From Cyanobacteria bacterium auto_48_18 (GTDB taxonomy: Bacteria > Cyanobacteriota > Vampirovibrionia > Obscuribacterales > Obscuribacteraceae), in assembly GCA_036170915.1 (NCBI GenBank), contig JAVHQC010000025.1, positions 32,001 to 96,000 of the forward strand: a stretch of 64,000 nucleotides of DNA, in the 5' to 3' direction. Under the pieces are notes generated by a model. The model searched no databases and was not told where the DNA came from. It worked only from the letters and a program-made list of their open reading frames with translations. The position numbers were made by a program, and so were the translations under genes. Below, piece after piece: positions 9,077 through 18,287 of the stretch (position 1 is its first letter; each line of letters begins with the position of its first letter).

Positions 9077-11713
9077 ATGAATCTAGATAGATTTACCAAT
9101 AAAGCTCAAGAGGCTGTCACCGGATGCCGAACAGTGCTGGCCCGGTACGGCCACAGTCAAGTAACACCCGAACACTTACTGCTTTCATTGCTTGAACAAG
9201 ACGACGGCCTCGCTTCAAAAATTGTGGAGAAACTCGAAGCACAACCCGCGGAAATCATTGCTGAATTAGAGCGCTATTTGCAAAATCAGCCCAAAGCGTC
9301 ATCGGTTAATACCACCAAAGACGAAATTCAAGTATCAACCAAAGTGATGCAACTTTTGGAACAGGCCGAGAAAGAAGCGGCAAAATTAAAGGATCAGTTC
9401 ATTAGTATTGAACATTTGATGCTTGCCCTCACCGACGAAACTAAAGGTCAGGCCGGAACAATACTTAAACGCAATGGCACCACACGCGATCGCATTCTCA
9501 AAGTATTAACAGAAATTCGTGGCAAGCAAAAAGTCACCAGCCAGGACCCTGAAAGCACATACCAGGCCCTCGAACGCTATGGCAAAGATCTAACTGCTAT
9601 GGCGGCTAAAGGCAAGCTAGACCCTGTAATTGGGCGCGATGATGAAATTCGTCGAGTGATGCAAGTGCTCAGCCGCCGCACGAAAAATAATCCGGTGCTG
9701 GTGGGTGAACCAGGTGTGGGTAAAACCGCCATTGCAGAAGGCCTGGCCATTCGAATAACCAAAGGTGACGTGCCAGAAGGCTTAAAAGACAAAAAGTTAA
9801 TTGCACTGGATATGGGGTCACTAATTGCCGGGGCCAAATACCGCGGTGAATTTGAAGAACGTTTGAAGGCTGTTTTAAAAGAAGTAATTGAGTCTGAAGG
9901 CGAAATTATTCTTTTCATCGACGAATTGCACACGGTGGTCGGCGCCGGTGGCGGTGGCGAAGGGGCAATGGATGCAGGAAATTTACTGAAGCCACCGCTG
10001 GCTCGCGGCGAGCTGCATTGTATTGGTGCCACCACTTTAGACGAATACAGAAAATATGTAGAAAAAGATCCTGCTTTAGAGCGCCGCTTTCAGCAAGTAT
10101 TCGTTGATCAACCTACAGTTGAAGAAACGATTTCGATTTTGCGTGGCTTGAAAGAGCGTTACGAAGTGCACCACGGCGTGCGCATTAAAGATAGTGCTTT
10201 AATTGGTGCAGCTGTGCTTTCTGACCGCTATATAACAGATCGCAGTTTGCCGGACAAAGCCATCGACTTGATAGACGAAGCAGCTGCACGCATGCGCATC
10301 GAAATCGATTCTATGCCCACTGAACTAGACGAATTAGAACGTCGCAGCATGCAACTGGAAATTGAAAGAGAAGCGCTTAAAAAAGAAAAAGATCCAGCAT
10401 CGCTTGAGCGCCTCGAACGCATTGAAAAAGATCTGGCCAACCTGCGTGAAAAAGCAGACGGTTTGCGGGCTCAATGGCAATCTGAAAAAGAAGGCCTGAC
10501 CAAAATCGGCACCATCAAAGCCGATATAGAACATACCAGAGTGCTGATTGAACAAGCCGAACGAGCTACAGATTTGCAAAAAGCAGCCGAACTTAAATTT
10601 GGCACTCTAATTGAGCTGGAAAAAGAGCTGCGCGAACTAGAGTCAAAATTAACTCACAACACCGGCCCACGCCTTTTAAAAGAAGAAGTTGAGCCTGAAG
10701 ACATTGCTGAAATTGTAGCGAAGTGGACAGGCATTCCGGTGACCAAACTATTGCAAGGTGAAGTGGAGAAATTGCTCTCGCTAGAAAACCATTTGCACCA
10801 GCGAGTAATTGGTCAGGAAGAAGCAATCGAAGTTGTGTCGAATGCAGTAAGACGTGCGCGCACAGGCATGAAAGATCCGCACAGGCCCATTGGTAGTTTC
10901 CTATTTCTTGGCCCAACCGGCGTCGGGAAAACCGAATTAGCCAAAGCCCTGGCCGAATTTTTATTCGATGATGAAGGTGCCATTGTGCGCATCGACATGT
11001 CTGAATATCAGGAAAAACATACGGTGGCACGCTTAATCGGCGCACCTCCCGGCTACATCGGTCACGATGAGGGCGGGCAATTAACCGAGGCTGTAAGACG
11101 ACGCTCCTACTGCTGCGTATTGTTTGATGAAATTGAAAAAGCCCATGCGGATGTTTTCAATGTGCTCTTGCAGGTATTAGATGAAGGACGCCTGACCGAT
11201 TCGAAGGGCCGTACAGTCAACTTTAAAAATACCGTTTTGATCATGACTTCAAACATTGGCTCTCAGCATATACTCGATTATCAGCTTAAGGCCGCAGTTG
11301 ATGGCGATGAGCATTTCTACGATGAAATGAAAGATTCTGTGATGCAGGCTTTGCGTGGTCACTTCAGACCGGAGTTTCTCAACCGTATCGATGAAACTGT
11401 AGTTTTCCATGCACTAACGGCTGCAGAACTGGCGAAGATTGTAGATATTCAATTGCATATTCTCAACAAGCGCCTGGCGGATCGCAAGATTGTGCTCAAA
11501 GCAACTGAAGCCGCTCAAGACTGGCTGGCCACAACTGGTTATGATCCGATTTATGGAGCCAGGCCGCTGAAGCGTTTGATTCAAAAAGAAATTGAAAATC
11601 CACTTTCTCTACAAATGCTAAAAGGTGAATATGCGGATGGTGATCACATCATCATCGACTGTGCTGACGATGAACTGGTCTTTAAAAAGGAAAACAACTT
11701 AGTGACTGTATAG
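9077..11713 (+). CDS. clpB: ATP-dependent disaggregase ClpB
   Basis: Two AAA+ modules ([16 protein letters not shown]), long middle coiled coil, 878 aa, upstream SD GAGGA. Confidence 0.97.
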   Translation: MNLDRFTNKAQEAVTGCRTVLARYGHSQVTPEHLLLSLLEQDDGLASKIVEKLEAQPAEIIAELERYLQNQPKASSVNTTKDEIQVSTKVMQLLEQAEKEAAKLKDQFISIEHLMLALTDETKGQAGTILKRNGTTRDRILKVLTEIRGKQKVTSQDPESTYQALERYGKDLTAMAAKGKLDPVIGRDDEIRRVMQVLSRRTKNNPVLVGEPGVGKTAIAEGLAIRITKGDVPEGLKDKKLIALDMGSLIAGAKYRGEFEERLKAVLKEVIESEGEIILFIDELHTVVGAGGGGEGAMDAGNLLKPPLARGELHCIGATTLDEYRKYVEKDPALERRFQQVFVDQPTVEETISILRGLKERYEVHHGVRIKDSALIGAAVLSDRYITDRSLPDKAIDLIDEAAARMRIEIDSMPTELDELERRSMQLEIEREALKKEKDPASLERLERIEKDLANLREKADGLRAQWQSEKEGLTKIGTIKADIEHTRVLIEQAERATDLQKAAELKFGTLIELEKELRELESKLTHNTGPRLLKEEVEPEDIAEIVAKWTGIPVTKLLQGEVEKLLSLENHLHQRVIGQEEAIEVVSNAVRRARTGMKDPHRPIGSFLFLGPTGVGKTELAKALAEFLFDDEGAIVRIDMSEYQEKHTVARLIGAPPGYIGHDEGGQLTEAVRRRSYCCVLFDEIEKAHADVFNVLLQVLDEGRLTDSKGRTVNFKNTVLIMTSNIGSQHILDYQLKAAVDGDEHFYDEMKDSVMQALRGHFRPEFLNRIDETVVFHALTAAELAKIVDIQLHILNKRLADRKIVLKATEAAQDWLATTGYDPIYGARPLKRLIQKEIENPLSLQMLKGEYADGDHIIIDCADDELVFKKENNLVTV

Positions 11714-11900
11714 TGGCTTTTGGTGTGGCTTTACGGTGGGGCGTAGCTTGAAAAAAGCTTGAGTGTTACTACTCAAACAATCTACAGTTTGAATAGTATC
11801 ATTCAAGCTTTTCAAACAAGATACCACCAACCCAAAGTCCGAAAAAACCAAGGTTTTTCGAATCAAGATTTCCAAGTAATTGAGAATCACTTATTCAAAA
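11714..11900 (+). other. Long inverted-repeat structured non-coding segment (candidate sRNA, structured 3'UTR or MITE-like element)
   Basis: Arms 11748-11778 and 11787-11815 are near reverse complements around an 8-nt loop; further outer pairing and a second hairpin at 11840-11860. Confidence 0.5.
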
Positions 11901-11906
11901 CAGCAC

Positions 11907-11941
11907 AAGAAGCGGGTCTTAACAGATCCGCTTCTTTATTT
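11907..11941 (+). terminator. Intrinsic terminator, probably for clpB and possibly bidirectional
   Basis: AAGAAGCGGGTC-ttaaca-GATCCGCTTCTT followed by TATTT; the single mismatch is a G-U pair on the + strand. Confidence 0.7.
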
Positions 11942-11976
11942 ACATCGCCTCGAGAGGACAGATCAAACTGCCGTTT

Positions 11977-13056
11977 TTACAGAATTATCTTTAGCTGCGG
12001 TGGTGATACGTAATTGAGTAGTTGCATATAAGTAACCGGCGGATGCTCAAAGCAAAGTTGAAAAATTGAGTACTGGCCCCATCGCACTCGATCAATCACG
12101 CCCCAGATCGCGGCCAGATAAATCTGTAAAGCCTTGCGGCTGACGCGATGAAACACCTTGCCGATAATGCCTTGAGCTGTGTTCACGGCGACGTTAATTC
12201 GTACAGCGTGAGCAGCATCGACGTCGTTTAAGGGTACCGGCGCTGTTGCAAGAGTAAGCTTCGCAAACGTGCCATCTGACAGTTGCTTTGCTTGTCCGCG
12301 CAACTCAAGCATTGTCAAAGCACCATTTACCAGGCCAATTGAAAGACTTGATTGTGATGATAGTTTCTCGACAGATATTCCTAAGTCGCAGAGGTGATCA
12401 TGAACCGTATTAATCGCTTTTTCAAAAGGATCATCTGTTTCCGTGGGCGTAGTTTCTGGCACTGCTGCCGGCTCGGTCTTGGTCGAAATCGAAGCTAAAG
12501 TTGAAGCAGAAGTTGAACAGTCACTTTCTAAGTCACAATTCAATCTTTCAATTTCCTCTTCTTCGGAAAAGGGGTGCATTCTGGCTGGGGTTTCACGACT
12601 GCGGCGAGCAATAATATCTTTGAACGGTGTTGCTGTAACGGCACCAATATTTTCGCCCTCTTGGCCCATTCGATTAGCCATAGCCATGCTAATTTTTCGT
12701 TGAATATTGGACGACGTGCCAACATGTATACCGGTAAGACGCGCGAATGCTGCTGCACTTATTAGAAGACCAGCCTCGCGAATAAGAAAGGCCGCGAGAT
12801 AAGCTTTAAATCGCTTGACTCGATTTAAAAGTGTTCCAGACGTGAACCAGTAGCATCGTGCACAGCCGACACAGACCGACATGCGATCACCCTTTTTGCG
12901 ACGAATCTCAGGCTTTTCACAGTGGCACTTTTCGAAACCAAATTCCACGCAAAATTCGTAGAAAATTTCCATTGCGTCTGAGTCTTCGGGCGCAATACTA
13001 TTTACTTTGGCCCAGATTTCCTGAATCTCCGGATCGTTCTCTAATCGTTCTAGCAT
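11977..13056 (-). CDS. IS1595-transposase-derived protein lacking the DDE core, with internal DprA-like winged helix
   Basis: CHC..CVGC..FTSGTLL Zn ribbon, ISAAAFARLTGI..GTSSNIQRKI HTH, LTMLELRG..KQLSDG winged helix, FHRVSRKALQIYL and VTYMQL C-terminus; SD GGAGGTG. Confidence 0.65.
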   Translation of the reverse strand: MLERLENDPEIQEIWAKVNSIAPEDSDAMEIFYEFCVEFGFEKCHCEKPEIRRKKGDRMSVCVGCARCYWFTSGTLLNRVKRFKAYLAAFLIREAGLLISAAAFARLTGIHVGTSSNIQRKISMAMANRMGQEGENIGAVTATPFKDIIARRSRETPARMHPFSEEEEIERLNCDLESDCSTSASTLASISTKTEPAAVPETTPTETDDPFEKAINTVHDHLCDLGISVEKLSSQSSLSIGLVNGALTMLELRGQAKQLSDGTFAKLTLATAPVPLNDVDAAHAVRINVAVNTAQGIIGKVFHRVSRKALQIYLAAIWGVIDRVRWGQYSIFQLCFEHPPVTYMQLLNYVSPPQLKIIL

Positions 13057-13141
13057 AAGTCACACCTCCGACTTATTTCTATTAACGTAATCAGGAACGA
13101 TTTAGTTCAATTTGTAGGCAACATTTTTTGAACCGGGTGCA

Positions 13142-14266
13142 TTAAAACTGTTTGAGTTTATCGTCGATTTGTTTGAGATGGGCGTTATAGACTTGATAAT
13201 CCATCTTTTCGCCTGATTTACGATTGACCACCGCATGATCATAAATAGTGCGCGCTCTTTTGTAATAGGCGAGTGCTTCCGCACGTTTGCCCTGCGACCT
13301 GTATAAATCGGCCATACCCTCTAAGGTCTCTGCAATAGCCGGGCTCGATTCGCCACTTGACTGTTGCTTTATCGCCAGCACCTGATTTAACTCTGTTTCG
13401 GCCTGGGCATATTGGCCAGTTCTGATGTGACAAATTGCCATCCGCTCTAAATTATTGGCGTAGGCCTGAGGGTTTGCGCTTTGCGAAAGAGATGGATTAT
13501 TTAAAAGCTTGGCCAACAATTCTTCTGCTTCCTTATAACGTTTGCCATCAATAAGCAAATCAACCAGATGTCGAATAGAACGGTCAGCGTCACTGTCACT
13601 TAGACTATTGGCGACGTCTCTTTGATCAATGATTTTGCGCAATACTTTTTCGGCTCGATCAGGATCACCCCAGTTATCGAAACCGTCTGCCAGGCTGATC
13701 ATATCTTTAGTGAAACGGCTGGTAGCCTCACTTGGCATTCCATGAGTGCGCGAGGCTGAATCGACGATTTGCTCGGCTTCCCAGAAATGGCCCTGGTCAA
13801 TCTGTTTTTCCGCAGCTCCTAAATATTTATTGAATATGACAGCTTGAGTGTCACCAGGGGCGATATCAATGAGTGGAATGTTAGCGGCCAGTTCTTCCAT
13901 GGTTGTAGTGCCTGACGATAGAGAAGTTATGTCACGGGCATTAACAATTACATCGCTGTAGCTAGAGGTATTGGCTCCATCGTAAAACTTTACGGACACC
14001 GTGGCAAACTGAGCTGGTGCATAATTTACCAGCACTCGAGCAGCAGCGATTGCGGCTTTACGACGGGCCGTTTGGTCCGGGGGCATATGAAATACTTCAA
14101 CCACTGCTTGCTTGTCGATTAACTTCACCCGCGGGCTGTGACGAGAAGCGAACACGCGTGAGCGGTGCAGGGCAGATTCAAGATTGCCACCTGTGCTTGC
14201 CTGGGCCGACAAACTGCTTGTTAGACAAAAAAGAAGCACAAGTGCGTTGAAAACATACTTACCCAT
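13142..14266 (-). CDS. Secreted TPR-repeat protein
   Basis: Signal peptide (SAQA-S); C-terminal kinesin-light-chain-like TPRs (IAETLEGMADLYRSQGKRAEA); overlaps larC by 8 bp. Confidence 0.75.
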   Translation of the reverse strand: MGKYVFNALVLLFCLTSSLSAQASTGGNLESALHRSRVFASRHSPRVKLIDKQAVVEVFHMPPDQTARRKAAIAAARVLVNYAPAQFATVSVKFYDGANTSSYSDVIVNARDITSLSSGTTTMEELAANIPLIDIAPGDTQAVIFNKYLGAAEKQIDQGHFWEAEQIVDSASRTHGMPSEATSRFTKDMISLADGFDNWGDPDRAEKVLRKIIDQRDVANSLSDSDADRSIRHLVDLLIDGKRYKEAEELLAKLLNNPSLSQSANPQAYANNLERMAICHIRTGQYAQAETELNQVLAIKQQSSGESSPAIAETLEGMADLYRSQGKRAEALAYYKRARTIYDHAVVNRKSGEKMDYQVYNAHLKQIDDKLKQF

Positions 14267-15737
14267 CGATCTTAGACCTTTCTATTTGGCTGGCTGCAGC
14301 ATTGAGGCTTTGCAGTAATACGTCTTTAAGAGAGATATTACTGTTGCGAGAGTAATTGACTACGTCTTCATACTCAGGATGTACGTTGATGATGCGACCG
14401 TTTAAATCGCGACCTATTTTAATACGAATACTTGGCCCCTCACCCAGGGTTACTTCCTGAAAATCGCGCTCCAGCACGATTCTTTCGCAGAAATAGCTGC
14501 GCACGCCCAGGCTTGTTGTTTCTTTTAAAATCAGCTCTTGTAATCGTCGAGAGTCTTCGGGTTTTGCCACCACAGATAGTTTGTGTCCCGGACGACCTTT
14601 CTTCATAGTCAACGGAATGATAGCCACATCAAGGGCTCCATCTGTCACCAGATTTTCTACAGCATGAGCGAGTATTTGTGGTGAACAGTCATCTAAATTA
14701 CATTCCAGTACTGCCACTACTTCTGATCGATAGGATGCCGCTTGTGCCTCAGTCTCCACTTCAACTGGCGAGCTCATATACTTATTAGTAAACTTGCTCT
14801 CGCCGATGATTAAGCGCACTACATTAGGATGACCTTCTGGATTAATAGTGCCCGCACCATATCCGATGGCATCAACATGACTGAATGCCGGATGCGGCCC
14901 CCAGCCGTGAGCGATAGTAGCAAGAATGGCGGCACCCGTGGGCGTAAGGCATTCGTATTGCACATCGAACTGGCGAATGGGTGCACCGGCTACTTTGAGC
15001 AAATTCAAGACAGCAGGGCCGGGCACAGGGAAGAGTCCGTGCATTGTTTTAACAATGCCACCACCGAGCGGAACAGGTGAAACATAAGATCTTTCAATAC
15101 CTAGCTCGGTATAACAAATGGCGAAGCCGACAATGTCAACGATGGCATCGATGGCTCCGACTTCGTGGAAGTGTATTTGATCAAGAGCGACGCCGTGCAC
15201 CTGCGATTCAGCCAGACCGAGGCGCATGAAAATATCTGAGGCCAGTTGTTTAACTGCCACCGTCAGTGGGGCCACTTCTATTAAGGCTAAAATTTCAGTA
15301 AGCGATCGCTCTACATCATGACTGTGTTCATGACTATGTTCATGACTGTGTTCATGACTATGTTCATGACTGTGTTCATGACTATGTTCATGACTGTGTT
15401 CATGACTATGCTCATGACTGTGCGCGTGTCCATGACCATGATCGTTTTCATGGGCCTGATCATGGTCGTAATGCTCGTGTCCATGGTCATGATGATCGTG
15501 GCTAGCGTGACCATCACTAGAATTAAGACTGCCATTCAATAAATGCACATCAAATTTGGTAGAAAGAATGCTGCACCGATTGACCGCGCTTTTGGCCAAT
15601 TTGTAACTTTGGTCAGGCAAATTGAGCAAAGCCAGCTGTTGCTCGAGGGTTGCCAGAGAAGCGCCGGCATCCAGGCACGAGGCCACCAGCATGTCTCCGG
15701 CTGCACCAAACGTACAATCGAAATAAGCAGTTTTCAA
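14259..15737 (-). CDS. larC: Nickel-pincer cofactor nickel insertase LarC, single frame, His-rich insert
   Basis: YFDC..GAAGDM, HFHEVGAIDAIVDI, TPTGAA, LECNLDD, MKKGRPG, ETTSLGVR, PEYED. Confidence 0.93.
   Translation of the reverse strand: MKTAYFDCTFGAAGDMLVASCLDAGASLATLEQQLALLNLPDQSYKLAKSAVNRCSILSTKFDVHLLNGSLNSSDGHASHDHHDHGHEHYDHDQAHENDHGHGHAHSHEHSHEHSHEHSHEHSHEHSHEHSHEHSHEHSHDVERSLTEILALIEVAPLTVAVKQLASDIFMRLGLAESQVHGVALDQIHFHEVGAIDAIVDIVGFAICYTELGIERSYVSPVPLGGGIVKTMHGLFPVPGPAVLNLLKVAGAPIRQFDVQYECLTPTGAAILATIAHGWGPHPAFSHVDAIGYGAGTINPEGHPNVVRLIIGESKFTNKYMSSPVEVETEAQAASYRSEVVAVLECNLDDCSPQILAHAVENLVTDGALDVAIIPLTMKKGRPGHKLSVVAKPEDSRRLQELILKETTSLGVRSYFCERIVLERDFQEVTLGEGPSIRIKIGRDLNGRIINVHPEYEDVVNYSRNSNISLKDVLLQSLNAAASQIERSKIDG
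15316..15423. repeat. Nine 12-bp tandem units (TCATGACTRTGY) encoding HSHE repeats in larC
   Basis: Read directly; G/A alternate strictly, giving a 24-bp superperiod. Confidence 0.95.
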
Positions 15738-15989
15738 ATAATCACCGTCTTATTCACTCTTACCAACAGACTCTTAATTGCAGTCTTTAGTTGCAGTCTT
15801 GTTCACTCTTATTCACAAGCCAGCCTCATCATATTCTCACGCACTTTCAGCCTCGCTGCACCGTTAGAACAAAGTTGGGATATTTGTTATTGATCACAAT
15901 CAGTCTGTAAAATCACACCAATAGGGCTTCTTCTTGTAAACTCTAATATGTGCCGATAACCTCAGTCTGCGGTTGCAGCTAACTTAAGT

Positions 15990-17105
15990 ATGCCTGTCAA
16001 AATTGGTCCCTTTACCCTTAATAGTCGCGTCTATGTGCCACCCATGGCTGGTGTCACCGACGTGGTTTTTCGCGATATCGTCAGGCGCATCGACCCTGAT
16101 TGCATGATGTCCACAGAAATGGTGAGCTCGCGCGCACTTCTGGCTAAACCAGAATCGCGCATTATGGATTTGCTGCCCAATGAGCATCCGATTGGCATTC
16201 AAATTTTTGGTCACGAACCCGAAGTGATGGCCTTTGCCGCTCAGCTGGCTGAGAAACGCGGCGCCGACTTTGTCGACATCAATATGGGTTGCCCGGTTCC
16301 CAAAATTACCAAGGGCAAAGACGGCTGCGCCCTGATGCGCGAGCCGGAGCTGGCAAGAGAAATTATCAGCACTGTGAAAAGCGCTGTGAAAATTCCTGTT
16401 ACAGTCAAGTTCAGACTGGGCTGGGACGACAGCAACCGCAACGCTGTAGAGTTCGGCGAGATGGTTGAAGAATCTGGTGCCTCCATGGTCACCGTGCACG
16501 GCCGCACGCGCGCTCAGCTTTACTCAGGGACAGCCGACTGGAGCGCAATTGCCAAAGTCAAAGCAGCTTTGAGCATTCCGGTGTTCGGCAATGGCGATGT
16601 TTTTTCGCCAGAGAATGCCATGAAACTTTTGGAAATTACCGGTTGCGACGGAGTGGCAGTTGCACGCGGCAGCCTGGGCAACCCCTGGCTGATTCCGCGC
16701 ATCACCAAATATCTAGACACAGGCATATTAGATGAAGCTCCTGATGACATAGAGAAGCTCATCTGCGCCTATCTGCACAGCGTCGGCCTGGTCAAATACA
16801 AAGGTTTGCGGGTGGGCATTAATGAATCGCGCCGCCATACCATTAACTACACCAAGGGTATCAGCGGGGCCGCGCCTTTTCGCAACCGCCTGACCCAGGT
16901 GCTTGATTTGGCTTCGGCAGCAGACATTTTGGCTGAACTCGCTCTGATTGTTGGCGGTAAAGAAGGCGTGCAGCGCTTCTTACTGGGCGTAGAGCATAAT
17001 AATCTCGAAAATGGAAAACATCCAGGCGAAGGGGACAGCTATAGAGAAGGCGGTGTCCAGGCCCCAGTTGATGTCCGTTCCGTCTTGCCAGTCGCAGTAC
17101 CATAA
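15990..17105 (+). CDS. dusB: tRNA-dihydrouridine synthase DusB/NifR3
   Basis: PMAGVTD, DINMGCP, VTVKFRLGWD, TVHGRTR, GNGDV, ARGSLGNPW. Confidence 0.93.
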   Translation: MPVKIGPFTLNSRVYVPPMAGVTDVVFRDIVRRIDPDCMMSTEMVSSRALLAKPESRIMDLLPNEHPIGIQIFGHEPEVMAFAAQLAEKRGADFVDINMGCPVPKITKGKDGCALMREPELAREIISTVKSAVKIPVTVKFRLGWDDSNRNAVEFGEMVEESGASMVTVHGRTRAQLYSGTADWSAIAKVKAALSIPVFGNGDVFSPENAMKLLEITGCDGVAVARGSLGNPWLIPRITKYLDTGILDEAPDDIEKLICAYLHSVGLVKYKGLRVGINESRRHTINYTKGISGAAPFRNRLTQVLDLASAADILAELALIVGGKEGVQRFLLGVEHNNLENGKHPGEGDSYREGGVQAPVDVRSVLPVAVP

Positions 17106-17267
17106 AACGGCGTTGATAAAGGGCGTCATGGTCCAGCCCATGATGCCGGCCATGAAAGCAAAGAGTAGAAGGGTTGCCCAGAAATCCATTACACGGTCTC
17201 TTATCTTAGTTTCAACAAAATAGAGTTTAAGACCACCTGAGCACTTTGACAATGTGGATTCTCCCAT
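16980..17267 (-). CDS. Putative small two-TM membrane protein overlapping the dusB 3' end
   Basis: Two hydrophobic helices (FWATLLLFAFMAGIMGW; AFSIAVPFAWMFSIFEIIML); fills otherwise empty space after the rpoZ terminator; start uncertain. Confidence 0.45.
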   Translation of the reverse strand: MGESTLSKCSGGLKLYFVETKIRDRVMDFWATLLLFAFMAGIMGWTMTPFINAVLWYCDWQDGTDINWGLDTAFSIAVPFAWMFSIFEIIMLYAQ

Positions 17268-17295
17268 GGCCGGCAGGTTTCCAAGAGATATCAGC

Positions 17296-17333
17296 AAAAA
17301 TTAAAGCGCCGCCAAGTTCATGGGGCGCTTTAA
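17296..17333 (-). terminator. Intrinsic terminator of gmk-rpoZ
   Basis: TTAAAGCGCC...GGCGCTTTAA stem followed by a T run on the minus strand. Confidence 0.7.
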
Positions 17334-17367
17334 CTGAATGATTGACAAAACCGCCTGAAAAGCCGGT

Positions 17368-17580
17368 TTAGTACATGTATTGTCCTGATGGGGAGATCAA
17401 AATCGTGCCGTCGCCTTCAGCCGCTACCATTTGCAGGGCCTGAATTACAGCGTTGGCAGTCTTATGCTGCTCGCGGGTTTCGTTCTTAATTTGTTTCGCT
17501 CTTTGGGCGACGCGGAGAACCAGTTCATACCGGTTGACGTTCTCTTTGAGAAGCTGGTCAAGAATTCTAGTTGTGCTCAT
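17368..17580 (-). CDS. rpoZ: RNA polymerase omega subunit
   Basis: NRYELVLRVAQRAKQI...AVIQAL; 4-bp overlap with gmk. Confidence 0.85.
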   Translation of the reverse strand: MSTTRILDQLLKENVNRYELVLRVAQRAKQIKNETREQHKTANAVIQALQMVAAEGDGTILISPSGQYMY

Positions 17581-18230
17581 GCGGGAAGGTTGCCCTCAAA
17601 ATTGTTGCTGCGAAGACGTTCAGCATACACGATATGGGCCAGATTATTGGCCGCATCCTCGAGTTTGTCGTTCACCACTTCATATTGAAAAACATTTTTT
17701 TCTTGTAATTCTTGTTTGGCCTTCTGTAATCTCACCAGAATAATTTCAGCGGTTTCAGTGGCCCGGGCTCGCAGGCGGCCTTCTAGCTCACGAAAATTGG
17801 GAGGCGAAATGAAAATCAACACTGCTTTAGGGTTCTGAGAGTGAATTTGCCTGGCACCCTGTACTTCTAATTCGAGCAAGACATCGAGCCCGGCCCGCAG
17901 CTGCTCATTGACCCAAGACTTGGGAGTTCCGTAATAATTGCCGGCAAACTCTGCCCACTCCATAAATTCATCGTGTTGAATCATTTTTTGGAATGTATCA
18001 AGATCGCGGTAGAAATAGGATTGACCCTCCACCTCACCAGGTCTTGGGGCTCTTGTGGTAACAGAGACCGAACGAACCAGCCCAGTCACCTGAGCCATGA
18101 CCAGATCGACAAGGGTGCCCTTGCCGACCCCGGAAGGTCCAGTCAATACAATTAAATTGCCCATTTTGAGGCGATGATTGGAACCGTCTTCTTTCTGACC
18201 GATTTTTGTAAGCGGTTCGCCGGCGTTCAT
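17577..18230 (-). CDS. gmk: Guanylate kinase (true start may be 18164)
   Basis: TGPSGVGKGT, TTRAPRPGE, YYGTP, IFISPP. Confidence 0.95.
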   Translation of the reverse strand: MNAGEPLTKIGQKEDGSNHRLKMGNLIVLTGPSGVGKGTLVDLVMAQVTGLVRSVSVTTRAPRPGEVEGQSYFYRDLDTFQKMIQHDEFMEWAEFAGNYYGTPKSWVNEQLRAGLDVLLELEVQGARQIHSQNPKAVLIFISPPNFRELEGRLRARATETAEIILVRLQKAKQELQEKNVFQYEVVNDKLEDAANNLAHIVYAERLRSNNFEGNLPA

Positions 18231-18287
18231 ATAAAACCCCCGCGAGTTTGATAAATTGTCAGCTATTAAACATCACAATGTCTCACC

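Noticed and set aside
11758..11807. HspR HAIR operators (CTTGAGT-N7-ACTCAAG) for clpB
   Set aside because: The half-sites are similar, but the spacing is N6 and they lie downstream of clpB, not in its promoter.
11714..11900. 6S RNA or another named ncRNA
   Set aside because: Rod-like and of similar size, but I see no central bubble or conserved motifs; it needs an Rfam search, so it is left unnamed.
11699..12013. ORFs of 63 and 84 aa across the clpB downstream region
   Set aside because: No SD, TTG-type starts, no recognisable protein features, and they overlap the structured element and terminator.
11977..13056. Active IS1595 element
   Set aside because: No catalytic DDE residues, paired terminal inverted repeats or target duplication are visible.
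15311..15542. Met-rich repeat ORFs (MTVFMTMF / MNTVMNIV)
   Set aside because: They are alternative-frame readings of the larC His-repeat DNA.
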